A stretch of DNA of 64,000 nucleotides from Macrostomum lignano. Its lineage: Eukaryota. Where the stretch lies: contig NIVC01001545.1 of NCBI GenBank assembly GCA_002269645.1, positions 124,001-188,000 of the forward strand. The letters are read 5' to 3'. The notes beneath the pieces are model-generated. The model was given only the letters and a program-made list of their open reading frames with translations. It was not told the DNA's origin and did no database searches. Below, piece by piece: positions 45,320 to 58,983 of the stretch (position 1 is the stretch's first letter; each line of letters begins with the position of its first letter). The position numbers and the translations under genes were made by a program.

Positions 45320-48300
45320 GAGCCCATGTGCTAGCGCGGGATTTGGGAAAAAGTGCGTCCTCACCAGTCTACTACTATGTCTACTTGTATATAAATTAAT
45401 CCCCTATCTAATTTTCCCCAATGTGCATCTATATGTACACACTGCATACTTCTATATGTACTTGCGCATTAAACTACTTCTGTGACAATTTCTATTTACA
45501 GGGTCATATAATATGCACATTAATCCACAATCTACACGACAGTCCCGCTGCATTTGAATCCCTCCATACAGCAGCCAACCCCCAAAACAAGAGTATAAAT
45601 GTATGGTTTAATTTACAAAAATATACCTTTGCAGCTGCACTGTCAACTGGCTGATAGCGAAAACCAGCTTAAGCGTTAGAATCGAGTCAGCAGGAAGAAT
45701 TAGGGGCCCGAGTGGGGTTGGGATTGCATCTTTTGTTGTTGTTGTTGTTTCTGACACTTGAGTTGACGACAGCTAGCCCTTTAATTTACTGCCGGCGGTG
45801 CAATCACAGAAGCCTACAAGGAAATTGCGAAGAACGCACACACAACTGAAAAGGAAAAATGCATGGACTAAACCGGAAATTATCAATTTAAACAAATCAC
45901 ACTATACGTCCGCATCGTCACCAGAATCTTCATCTTCCCAGATAAATGCTTTTTAACCGCATCCAACGGTCCAGCGATCTCCGAAGAATATGCTGCAGTT
46001 CAGCAAGCAAATTAAATGTAAAGGCTTTGAAAACTTTGTCATCTAGCGATTGCTGCAGCCGCTCCAATATTTTTGGGTCAATTATCCTCGGCAATTGTAT
46101 GGCTGCTGTCAGCTGCCATAATCCATGTACACATGTGCATGGCAAAGCCATATATGAGGCCAGCTGCGGCCTAAACCATGCGAGTTTGATTTCACTGTAT
46201 GGCCTGACACACACATGGCCTGGCGGCAGCTGAGCCGCAAACGAACAATCGCTGAGGCTGTCTAGCGTAGTACGCGTGCGGTCTGTCCAGCCCAATAGCT
46301 AAAAGGCGACAGCTGCGCTTGCACCAATCGAAACTGGTAAATGTAGCAAGCACGTCAACTTCGTGCAGGTGCGAAGCATCGAGAAGAATAAAATAAACCC
46401 AATCTAGGAGCCAGCTGGAATAAAGCTGACATCTAACCATGCACTGTATACAGCAGTGTATAGAATGAAGATTTTAGATTTTATTATTTTTACATGTACT
46501 ATCTGTACGTATGCAAGCTTCTGAGACGTAGCCCTGCAAGTAGTAGCTCGTAGGTAGAGACCCAAGCAATTAATGCTTGCACATGCTTGACGTCACTTTC
46601 GACACTTGGCTGAATCCGGGTCTTAGGGATGAGAGTTGTGACGTTGTCCCAAGCCATATAAATTTTTAATGACTTGGTTTAGGTTAGGATTTATAAAAGT
46701 GTTTAACTAAAGTTTTAAATTTTATTGATAAGCATTGTACTGATGGTAGTGATTATTTACTTTACCTTTTGCCTTTTTTATATTAAAGTGTAAATTTTAT
46801 CTTAACTTTATTCTTAGAAAGAGCAGTCCGCGAACTCAATTTAAGCACTTTTGGGGGAAAAAATTGCATGCCCGCGCGCGCGTGTGCGGCGCCCTCCTCC
46901 CGCCTTCAGCAATCGTCTCAAATTTTGTCGGAAAAATATCTAAGGATTTTAAGCTAAATTTTTGCTAAGCCTTTTTAAACAGTAATCTCTCGGTATGACT
47001 TTATTCTGAGCATATAATTGTGATGTACAGTAGAGCTTATGTAGACTAGGTCACAGTCACAGTGACTCGTGACCGTGAGTACGAGTCTACGATATAACGA
47101 CTATAGGCCTAGCCTTGTATATCTTTGTCATTGTCAACTTCGTAATTGGCTGTTACAGTTCGGATACTATACTACAAGCTAAGGCCTAAGTAGTACACGT
47201 CCACGACATACGATCTGGCGACAGCAGTCAAAGTGGCGACAGACGATCCGGCGACAGATTTTGTATTGTAGGCCTAGATTTAACGAATTTTAGATGCAAA
47301 AAGAATACAACTTTACATCACGTGTAGTTTTTAATTTTACAGTAGAGAATTCACTTTAGGACAGCATCTTTTCAAATAAAAATTGTACATTATGACTGTC
47401 TGTACTTCTGTCTGAAATAATTTCAGGGTCACATCAAACATTTTAATGTAGGCCTAATAGTGTATCTGAATATAAAACTAGCCTATTCTAGGGCCTAACC
47501 CTTTATTAAATTAAAGAATGCATAAATTTAATGCAGTTTCCCTTTTTTGAAAGCAATTATCATTATAAAAAAGCTATTATTATTAAACCCTCAGATTTTG
47601 CACCTACTAAATTCTAATTATTAAAACAATTTTTGTATTGGGCTTACATTCCATTAATAAAAAAATAATAGGTCTGCTACTACTACTACTAATAATAATA
47701 GTAGCCTAATAATAATAATATTCATAATAACAATAATTGTAACAGCAAAAGAAAGACTAATTAGAATAATAGAATAGGCATAGCACATAGAAAAATAATT
47801 AGAATAACAATTAAATAACTAGAATAACTTATTATACTCATAATAAATCTAATAAAAGCTCTCTAATCTGTTAAAATACCAAATAGCTAGGGGCCTAACT
47901 TAATAGCTTTTTACTATACCTTGTTGCTGGATTGTCTGTTGTCATTTTGATTATCATTAGATATAGATTGTTAGTCATTGGATTGTATTTTTGCTGGCTA
48001 GATTGATTGGATACCTAGTATAGTATAGTACTAGGCTAACTAGACCTAGGCTGTCTACATTATGTAGAAGTGTAGCTTGACTAGTGTTTGACATTGTAAA
48101 TATAAACATATATTTAGGAATATTTTATTAAAAACTAAGGCCTATTCATTATAAAAATCAACAATATTTAGGCCTACTTTAAAATTTAAAGTAAAGAAAA
48201 GGTAGAAGCATTGCCTATATTGCCACTTGTTGTTTGGCATTATTAGGCAATATCTAGTAGGCCTAGTTTTTTTAGACTTAGGGGCCTAGTAAAATTTATA

Positions 48301-48644
48301 ATAAGTCCTAAAAAAGTTAAACTTTATGAAAATGGTTTTTTCTATTTTTTAAAGTGGTTTATTCTTATCTATAAAATCCTTTGCCAAAATTGGCTACAGC
48401 AAAAAACCATTTGTGTCCAAAGGAATAATAGTAAAATAGTTGTCTGGTTTTTGTCTTAGGTTGTCTAGAGATGGCCTAGCAGGTCTTGAATCCCACTGCT
48501 GCCATTAGTGAAGTACAGACTGTTGATTGCTTCCCAATCAGTCGCTTAAGCTGTTGGCTGACTCTTCTAGGAAGCCTTCTAAATGCTCTTAGTAGCGTTG
48601 GTAGATGCTGCCACCAGCTTCAGCTTGTGCAGATCTTGTCCTTT

Positions 48645-48862
48645 GATGAGAGAGACTCTAGGCTGAGCAAAATAAACAAGACTCAGGAACTCAGCACACC
48701 ATGTAGATTTGATAGATCACACCGGTGCACACCTCGTCAGCAGTCCTACCAAGGATGAGAGAGACTCCGGGCTGAGCAAAATAAACAAGACTCAGCAACT
48801 CAGCACACCATGTAGATTTGACAGATCACACCGGTGCACACCTCGTCAGCAGTCCTGCCAGG
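48645..48862. repeat. 109-bp tandem duplication
   Basis: gatgagagagactc...cagcagtcct occurs at 48645 and 48754. Confidence 0.85.
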
Positions 48863-51800
48863 CTCAAGTGCAGGGATTGGGAATTGTGCTAGCTTCTCAT
48901 TAGCTTGATTGAGATTATCTGCATAAGCTCAGTCACACAGTCAATGATGGGTCCAAAGTTAGAATGGAGTTTGCAAAGACTAGTGCGAGATGTGTGAATG
49001 CTTAGTCCAGACTTAAAAACAAAGGGCAGTCAAGTGAGAGGTTGCCAAACGGAGGCACATGAGGCCCATACTTATAGGATAGCGGATCAATTTCACCATA
49101 CCATGCAATCCCTGAATCTCTTATTGCACCAGAGTGCGCAAGGCCATTCTCACTGCACCTCCAACTTGGTGTGATTCAGTTCTATTTTTAGAAACAAGCG
49201 CGGAGCCCTGCCAGAGAGGCAAAGACACTGTTCTTAATTTAGAAACTGATACACGAGATTGCACAAGGCAGTGCAAGAAAAGGACAGAGCGCTTGAGGCA
49301 TCTGATCTGCTACTGTACAAGCTGGAAAGAGAGAATAGCCTGAGTGCTGAACTTAGACTAAATGAACACAGCCATACAAAAAAGGGGGAGAGAGGCCAGA
49401 CAGACAATGAACCAAGAGCAGGCTGAGTGGAGAAGACATTGGGAAGGCAGAGGAACTAGAAAAATGGGGGCAAGGGAGGAAATTCAGGCAGCCAAAAAGA
49501 CAAACGGGGCCTAGGGAAAAGGAAAGGGAGAGGGAGAGCTGTGACCAGCAGCAGTCAACAGCTCAAAAGGGTTCAAGAAACTATTGACATAAGTGGGGCA
49601 CCTAACTAAACTAGTGCTCACTTCAATAGGCATCTAATAGGTTTAGGCCTAGCCTAACTAATTTTAAGATCTAATGGAGAGTTTATTAATTTAATATTTG
49701 TCAGTGTCTAATTTAGTATAGTTAATAAAATTAGTAAAACAAAAGGCCATGGTTATAAACTTAGTTATCAAAAAAATTATTATCTTGTGTTTTTATAAGT
49801 ATATAAAACTCTGGTTTTTTAGTAATAGACATAGACAATGTAATTTAGAAAATTCTAAATTTTATCCTACTTTTAAGTTTAATAACCATTTTTAAAGATA
49901 GTTATTTAAAATGATTTATAGTACAAGTAGGCCCCATTCAATGATGCATAAATAGTGACATCTAAGATGAAACTTGGCCTATAGTTAAAGTCTGCTTTAA
50001 GGCAAGAAGTTCAATTTGATTTTGAGTGCCTTAGATCATATAGACCTTAGATCAGAGGTTAAAAAGCTTTTTAATATCAAGGGCTAAATAGAAAATCTAT
50101 AGGCATATGACTATATATACATGTACAATCTCCCTGATTTATACTGGCCATGCAACTTATTTTTTGACCAAAAATATGACTTATCTATAAAAGACCTTGA
50201 AGCAAAAATTAATAGAATTGTAGGTATATGGCAGGAGTAACAATTAATATATTATTATGGCTAAATGTACTGTTCCGCTATAGCTATGGCTATGGCTATG
50301 GGATCCTACAACAAATATGGTAAATAGGTGCCTACAGTAGCTATGGATACACCTATGTAGCTAGCTGCTCTTATAGCTACAAATATGGAAATATGGTAGT
50401 TGTTATCATATTATGTAGATTCTCGTAGCCATAGTTATTAATTTAAAAAAATTGAAAGAATATTAGAAACAGGTAGACTAAAACAAAGATGCTTTAGTAA
50501 ACTGTATTATCAACTTAGAAACTTATAGAATATACCTAATAAAGTACAATAAAACATTAGCAAACTATAATTTTTATTAATGTGAAAAAGTTCAGCATTA
50601 GTACTTTCAGTAGTGATTAAGTATTGTTGCTTTGTAAAAAGACAAAATATAATCTTACAAAGGCAATCAAGTGTTTCTTTTATTTTCTAACTTAATTCGC
50701 AGTTGTTTAAGCACCAGGTTATCTTGATTCAAAATATTTTGTTTTCTAGATTTTTTGTTAAAACTATGGCTATGGCTATAGGAACTACAGGAATATGGTA
50801 ATATTAGGGTCCCTATGGCTATGGAATACAGAGAATTGGAATAAGCCATAGTTTTGCTTATGGCTATGGCTACGGTACATGGACCCTCCTTACGCCAGAA
50901 GACTAGCTAAATGAATTGTTGTCATCTAAATCTAATTAGTACTATGTCTGTTAGTTTTTGGCCCTATTGGAATAAGTGGTATTTTCGCGGACGGCGTCCG
51001 GCGCACTTTTTCTTTTTCCTCATAGTCATGGCGCATGGCGCGCGTAGCCTGTGACGCACAGCAGCTCACAGGTAAGATGCAAGGAGGACATCACGCGCTA
51101 CATACAGCAGCGTTACCCTTGTGGCGATCCCATGTAACGATGTAAGTCGTTACTTGTTACAGTACACTATTCACTGTTCTATCTAATGTAACACTGCATT
51201 CTACCAAAAAATAAAAAATAAAATAAAATATTTTCCTTTTCCTTTTTACCTTTGTTTTTGCCATTTGCTTACTTTTTATGTTTGTTTTGTTTTAAAAATT
51301 AGAAATTTAATTAAAAATTTTTTAAATTTCTATTTTCGGTTTAACGATCTCAATTTCTCATAATATAATATAGATAGCCCGTAACCGTCCCGTATATTGG
51401 CGCACAAAAATTGTTGCTATGTTGTAAAAAAAGGTCTTTTATTGTCGCAAGGCAGGTAGTGGCGGGCGCACAACGGCGCACACGAGGGTTTTTGTGTCGG
51501 CGCACGGCGCACAATTTTGGGAGAGGCCAAAATTTGTTCCGGCGCACACTCTGCCACCTTCCTGACTATGGCGTCCATACCACCTTAGGATTTGAAGATT
51601 GTCATGACGCACCGTCCAGGCCACTTTATGATTGCCATGGCGCACTAGATGCACTGTCCACAGTGTCTGAAAACTTATTCCAATAGGGGTTTTTGGTTGG
51701 ACCTTAGCTAGGCCCCTCTAGTACTACATGTGCTGCACATGTAAATGACTGCATGCTAGAGGGAAGGAGGGAGGAGAGCAAAGAGAGATATAAGAAAAAG

Positions 51801-52219
51801 TGAAGAAATAGAAAAGAAGAAATTAGAGAAGAGAGTAAAGAAGGGAGATAAAAGACAGAGAAATGAGAAAAAAGAGGAGAGAAGAGAAAAGATTAGAGAG
51901 GAGGTCGTTGAGAAGAGACATATACTTTGAGCAGGCTGAGTTGCTATTGTGAAGTTTCAAAAGACCCAAGGGCTGGATAGCGAGGCTCTGCTAGGCTGTC
52001 CTAGCTAGTAAAGTTCATATAGGCCTATATAAGTCACACATTTGAAAAAACAATCGCAGATAGTTACTAAACTTGCGAAAGACTACTTAAAATATTCCAT
52101 AAATGTCATTATAACCATTGTAGTAAGTGTAAAGTGAAAATTTCAGTTCTAAATTATTTATGTACTCCCATGCTGTCAAACTGAACACTGACTGCCTCAC
52201 AGAAACGCACAGAATAGAA

Positions 52220-55200
52220 ATGCACGGGGATCAGGCCTCATCATCATCTGGCGGTCGCAAAGGACGCTTGGATCACAATGTGCTAGCTTATTACAGAGAA
52301 ACTCTGCGCAATCTCGACGAGATGCGCTCACCTAGTTGGGGAAATCCGGACGATTATGGTGAGATCAATATGAGTAGACTCAATTATTCCTAAGTTTGGA
52401 GATTTGGAATTTTTACTGAGATTAGCTAGATATGGATTATCCACTCGCCGACTTCCAACAGAGCAGCTTCTGAGCACGGCATTTGATAGCCTGGCCAGGG
52501 AGGGCCGCCAGCTGGCTCAGAACCAGACTGGCTCTCGGCTTGCCGAGTCCCTCATCAATCTGGCCGACTGGCCCCGGCTGGCCCGCCTGCTCAACAACTT
52601 CGCCGCCAACTGGCCTGCAGTTGTTGGCGACAGGTTTGCCCACCGGGTGCTGCAAACCGCTATTAGGCGGTACCTGACGCTGCGGCTTGAAGGTTTGTGA
52701 GCTTTTAACTGAGCTGTCAACCTTCTGGATTCTCAAATGAGTGGCATTTGACAGTTTCCCAGATCCTCAGTTGCTGGGCCAGCCTTCCAGATCCTCAGTT
52801 GCTGGGCCAGCCCTCCAGATCCTCAGTTGCTGGGCCATCAGCCTTCCAGATCCTCAGTTGCTGGGCCATCAGCCTCCCAGATCCTCAGTTGCTGGGCCAG
52901 CCTTCCAGATCCTCAGTTGCTGGGCCACCAGCCTCCCAGATCCTCCTTTGCTGGGCCAGCCTCCCAGATCCTCCGTTGCTGGGCCAGCCTTCCAGATCCT
53001 CAGTTGCTAGGCCATCAGCCTCCCAGATCCTCAGTTGCTGGGCCACCAGCCTCCCAGATCCTTAGTTGCTGGGCCACCAGCCTCCCAGATCCTCCTTTGC
53101 TGGGCCAGCCTTCCAGATCCTCAGTTGCTGGGCCATCAGCCTCCCAGATCCTCAGTTGCTGGGCCAGCCTCCCAGATCCTCAGTTGCTGGGCCAGCCTCC
53201 CAGATCCTCAGTTTCTGGGCCAGCCTCCCAGATCCTCAGTTGCTGGGCCAGCCTCCCAGATCCTCCGTTGCTGGGCAAACAGTCTCCCAGATCCTCAGTT
53301 GCTGGGCCAGCACCGCCGTCTCCAGATCCCCGGTCGGGATCCAAAGTTGAACAGAGCCCCAACCAAACAACCAAAAATCCCCAGGCAGGGGTGAAGCGGA
53401 CGCCGCCGGCAGCGCAGACGATGACGGAGCAGTGGACGGCGAGCCGTTATCAGTCGAGTCCGACCCGAGCCGGCTGTGGGGAACCTTCGCTGCTCACATG
53501 CGCCTGCACTACCCCGAGTACCTGGAGCACCCCTACGCTTGTCACACTCTGCGCAGCTACCTGCTGCTTATTGGTGGGGTGCTGGTCTCTGCCAACCCCA
53601 CTGCACCATCTGGCTCTTCGTTTAACAAGCACGGTGTGTGTGTGACTCATGTAGCTCTTTGTTGTAGGAAGGTTGTTGTAAAAACAAGTGTCCATTGCGT
53701 AGGCAATAGGTATGGTGTAATCGTGTAGAGATGGCTGGGGACTGGGGTGTATCAGGATAGAAATGGGGTAGGGTGTGATGGGGTAGATAAATGGGTAGGG
53801 TGTGATGGGGTAGATAAATGGGTAGGGTGTGATGGGGTAGATAAATGGGTAGGGTGTGATGGGGTAGATAAATGGGTAGGGTGTGATGGGGTAGATAAGT
53901 GGGTAGGGTGTAAAGGCGTAGATAAATGGGTAGGGTGTGATGGGGTAGATAAATGGGTAGGGTGTAAAGGGGTAGATAAATGGGTAGGGTGTGATGGGGT
54001 AGATAAATGGGTAGGGTGTAAAGGGGTAGATAAATGGGTAGGGTGTGATGGGGTAGATAAATGGGTAGGGTGTGATGGGGTAGAGAAATGGGTAGGGTGT
54101 GATGGGGTAGATAAATGGGTAGGGTGTGATGGGGTAGATAAATGGGTAGGGTGTGATGGGGTAGATAAATGGGTAGGGTGTAAAGGGGTAGATAAATGGG
54201 TAGGGTGTGATGGGGTAGAGAAATGGGTAGGGTGTGATGGGGTAGATAAATGGGTAGGGTGTGATGGGGTAGATAAATGGGTAGGGTGTAAAGGGGTAGA
54301 TAAATGGGTAGGGTGTGATGGGGTAGATAAATGGGTAGGGTGTGATGGGGTAGAGAAATGGGTAGGGTGTGATGGGGTAGATAAATGGGTAGGGTGTGAT
54401 GGGGTAGATAAATGGGTAGGGTGTGATGGGGTAGATAAATGGGTAGGGTGTAAAGGGGTAGATAAATGGGTAGGGTGTGATGGGGTAGATAAATGGGTAG
54501 GGTGTGATGGGGTAGAGAAATGGGTAGGGTGTGATGGGGTAGATAAATGGGTAGGGTGTGATGGGGTAGATAAATGGGTAGGGTGTGATGGGGTAGATAA
54601 ATGGGTAGGGTGTAAAGGGGTAGATAAATGGGTAGGGTGTGATGGGGTAGAGAAATGGGTAGGGTGTGATGGGGTAGATAAATGGGTAGGGTGTGATGGG
54701 GTAGATAAATGGGTAGGGTGTGATGGGGTAGATAAATGGGTAGGGTGTGATGGGGTAGATAAATGGGTAGGGTGTGATGGGGTAGAGAAATGGGTAGGGT
54801 GTGATGGGGTAGATAAATGGGTAGGGTGTGATGGGGTAGATAAATGGGTAGGGTGTGATGGGGTAGATAAATGGGTAGGGTGTAAAGGGGTAGATAAATG
54901 GGTAGGGTGTGATGGGGTAGAGAAATGGGTAGGGTGTGATGGGGTAGAGAAATGGGTAGGGTGGTTCAAATGCGGGTAACCACAGAAAACTGACAATAGT
55001 ATGAATAGATTCCGATTTCACCTGCCATATCAATAAGCTGCTAATCCGCCCGCATCATTGCAGACTCCTACGATCCCAGCAGTTCCGTTCTGGTCGATCC
55101 GCCTCTTGAATTCGATGGCATTTCGCTCACTGAAGAATTGGATGGCTTGTGCTCACGGTTCCTGGAGAACAAGCACGTTCTGTGTGAGTTGCGGGGGTTG

Positions 55201-58200
55201 AGGCTTGTTGGTTCATAAATTGCCAAGTCATGCCGTGATATGATCTTTCAATATTGGGTCATTGACCCTCTGAAGTGAGTCATGAGTTTTTAATGGATCA
55301 TTGATTTTTTGAAGTGAGTAATTAATGGATCATTGATTCTCTGAAGTGAGTCATTAATGGGTCATTTATTCTCTGAAGTGAGTCATTAATGGGTCATTTA
55401 TTCTCTAAAGTGAGTCATTAATGGGTCATTGATTCTCTGAAGTGAGTCATTAATGGGTCATTTATTCTCTGAAGTGAGTCATTAATGGGTCATTTATTCT
55501 CTAAAGTGAGTCATTAATGGGTCATTGATTCTCTGAAGTGAGTCATTAATGGGTCATTGATTCTCTGAAGTGAGTCATTAATGGGTCATTTATTCTCTGA
55601 AGTGAGTCATTAATGGGTCACTGATTCTCTGAAGTGAGTCATTAATGGGTTATTCAAATTTCGACATAACTGCAAGTCATAAGCTTGATAGTATGTACAT
55701 CAGTACATGTTAAAGTTGTGACGTAATAAATATAATATTAATATTGTAGCAAGACAGCAATACAATATAGCAATACAATGGTTTTGTTATAAATCGCTCA
55801 TCTGCCAGTGATCACCTGTTCATCAACATTCCAGCCCTGATTGACAGCGAAGTGACGGGTCCTTTTCTTCAGGTGCTCATGCTGGTGCTGAAGCTGCGGT
55901 TGCCAAAGCGATTTAGAAAATTTATTAAGCACCTGAATAAGGCGTCCGGACTCCTTGATGCCACCTGCAAGATAGAGGCATTGGGGGAGAAGTACAGGTG
56001 AGTGTGTTTTGTGAGATTTTGAGATGTCTGAGCTTTTGTGAGATTTCAAAAAACTACAGGTGTGAGATTTTGAATCAAATAAGCTACAGGTGTGAGATTT
56101 TGAATCAAATAAACTGCAGGTGTGAGATTTTGAATCAAATAAACTACAGGTGTGAGATTTTGAATCAAATAAACTACAGGTGTGAGATTTTGAATCAAAT
56201 AAACTATAGGTGTGAGATTTTGAATCAAATAAACTACAGGTGTGAGATTTTGAATCACATAAACTACAGGTGTGAGATTTTAAATCAAATAAACTACTGG
56301 TGTGAGATTTTGAATCAAATAAACTACAGGTGTGAGATTTTAAATCAAATAAACTACAGGTGTGAGATTTTGAATCAAATAAACTACAGGTGTGAGATTT
56401 TAAATCAAATAAACTACAGGTGTGAGATTTTGAATCAAATAAACTACTGGTGTGAGATTTTGAATCAAATAAACTACAGGTGTGAGATTTTAAATCAAAT
56501 AAACTACAGGTGTGAGATTTTGAATCAAATAAACTACTGGTGTGAGATTTTAAATCAAATAAACTACAGGTGTGAGATTTTGAATCAAATAAACTACAGG
56601 TGTGAGATTTTGAATCAAATAAACTACAGGTGTGAGATTTTGAATCAAATAAACTACAGGTGTGAGATTTTGAATCAAATAAACTACAGGTGTGAGATTT
56701 TGAATCAAATAAACTACAGGTGTGAGATTTTGAATCAAATAAACTACAGGTGTGAGATTTTAAATCAAATAAACTACAGGTGTGAGATTTTGAATCAAAT
56801 AAACTAAAGGTGTGAGATTTTAAATCAAATAAACTACAGGTGTAAGATTTTGAATCACATAAACTACAGGTGTGAGATTTTGAATCAAATAAACTACAGG
56901 TGTGAGATTTTGAGATGGCTAAGCTTTTGTGAGATTTGTGAGATTTTGAATCAAATAAGCTACAGGTGTGAGATTTTGAATCAAATAAACTACAGGTGTG
57001 AGATTTTGAATCAAATAAACTACAGGTGTGAGATTTTGAATCAAATAAACTACTGGTGTGAGATTTTGAATCAAATAAACTACAGGTGTGAGATTTTGAA
57101 TCAAATAAACTACAGGTGTGAGATTTTGAATCAAATAAACTACAGGTGTGAGATTTTGAATCAAATAAACTACTGGTGTGAGATTTTAAATCAAATAAAC
57201 TACAGGTGTGAGATTTTGAATCAAATGAGCTACAAAGAGATTTTGGTTTCAAACAAATTTCCCCAAATGCTCAATGCTTTCCCATGCCCGCAGCGTCCCC
57301 TCCCTGCTGTGCAGCAGCACCGGCTGCTACTTCCTGGAGCAGCTGGTTTCTCTGCTCTCACCGAAGCAGCTCCGCAAATTCGCCTCCGCCCACATCGCCG
57401 GCAAGGAGGCTGCGCTGGCCCTGCATCCCAGCGCCAATTTCGTCCTGCAGCGCCTGGCGACAGCGGACCCTCCGCCTGGCGACTGGCTTGCCAAGCTGGT
57501 GGCCTCGGCAGTTGGCGACTCGCCCGGTGCCGGCTGGCTGTCCGAGGCGATGCGGCAGTCGCCTGGCAGACAGCAGCAGCTGCTGGTAGGGTCTCCGCTT
57601 TCAATTCCTGTTCATGCGCATCACGTGACTCAACACTCCATTATTCAAGCAGACTAAATTGAGTTGTTATAAATGCTAAATGCGATTCTAATTCATAAAC
57701 TGACGCAGAGTCGTAGACAGTCAAACGCCTCAAATATTGATTCTTTGACGGCTTTTGCAGGCGACTTGTACCGTGATATCTTGTTTTTGGGTCGTCTAAG
57801 AGTCCCTTCTTTCCTATTTTACCTGTGTTACCTGCAGTGACTCCTAGGTGACTCAAGTGATTCTTGGACGCCTCTTGGCCTGGGTGCAGTTTTCATCGGG
57901 TGAGACAATTCTGCTCATTCCCCTGGCTCCTGAGCACATGCTGCGCCAATGCTGTGCGCACGCATACACACGCTCACACAGGGTGTACATGTACAGCGGC
58001 CTGACTTTCGGTCTGAGAGTCAGGCGCCCCCCCCCTGACTATCGCTGCCCCTTCAACACCCCTTCAAAATCACTCAGTATTCTCTGGGCAAAGTGCTTTG
58101 CATCGAATGGGATTTAACTACCGGAGACAATATTTGAGATTAGAAATTAGAATCAATTATAGCCTAGGTTGTAGCCTAGTGAGGGGTTGTAGCCTAATGG

Positions 58201-58942
58201 GGGGTTGTAGCCTAGTGTGAGTTGTAGCCTAGTGGGGGGTTGTAGCCTAGTGAGGGGTTGTAGCCTAATGGGGGGTTGTAGCCTAGTGTGAGTTGTAGCC
58301 TAGTGGGGGGTTGTAGCCTAGTGAGGGGTTGTAGCCTAATGGGGGGTTGTAGCCTAGTGTGAGTTGTAGCCTAGTGGGGGTTGTAGCCTAGTGGGGGTTG
58401 TAGCCTAGTGGGGGTTGTAGCCTAGTGGGGGGTTGTAGCCTAGTGGGGGTTGTAGCCTAGTGGGGGTTGTAGCCTAGTGTGAGTTGTAGCCTAGTGGGGG
58501 GTTGTAGCCTAGTGGGGGGTTGTAGCCTAGTGGGGGTTGTAGCCTAGTGGGGGGTTGTAGCCTAGTGGGGGGTTGTAGCCTAGTGGGGGGTTGTAGCCTA
58601 GTGGGGGTTGTAGCCTAGTGGGGGTTGTAGCCTAGTGTGAGTTGTAGCCTAGTGGGGGGTTGTAGCCTAGTGGGGGGTTGTAGCCTAGTGGGGGTTGTAG
58701 CCTATGGGGGTTGTAGCCTATGGGGGTTGTGGCCTAGTGGGGTTGTAGCTAGTGGTTAGAGCGTCAGACTCACGACTTGAAGGTCAGGGGTTCGATTCTT
58801 GACTCACTCGAAACATTTTGGTGTCTTTGAGCAAGACACTCAGCTCTGCATTGCTGCAGTTCACTCGGCTGTAAAATGGGTGCCAGCATTAGCTGGGGTA
58901 ATTGGGGATGTGTGGCGAGCCCCCAGACCTGAGGTGTAATCA

Positions 58943-58983
<41 letters not shown>

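Noticed and set aside
48900-49400. Possible LINE endonuclease remnant on the minus strand
   Set aside because: Similarity is too degraded to support by eye.
53450-57662. Long ORFs of 270-527 aa (PYPFIYPIT, VGCDGVDKW, SKSHTCSLFD, INYRCEILNQ repeats)
   Set aside because: They are stop-free frames of intronic minisatellites inside the spliced NOP9 model.
58741-58815. Functional tRNA gene
   Set aside because: A and B boxes are present, but there is no convincing acceptor-stem pairing or poly-T terminator, and it continues into a SINE body and tail.
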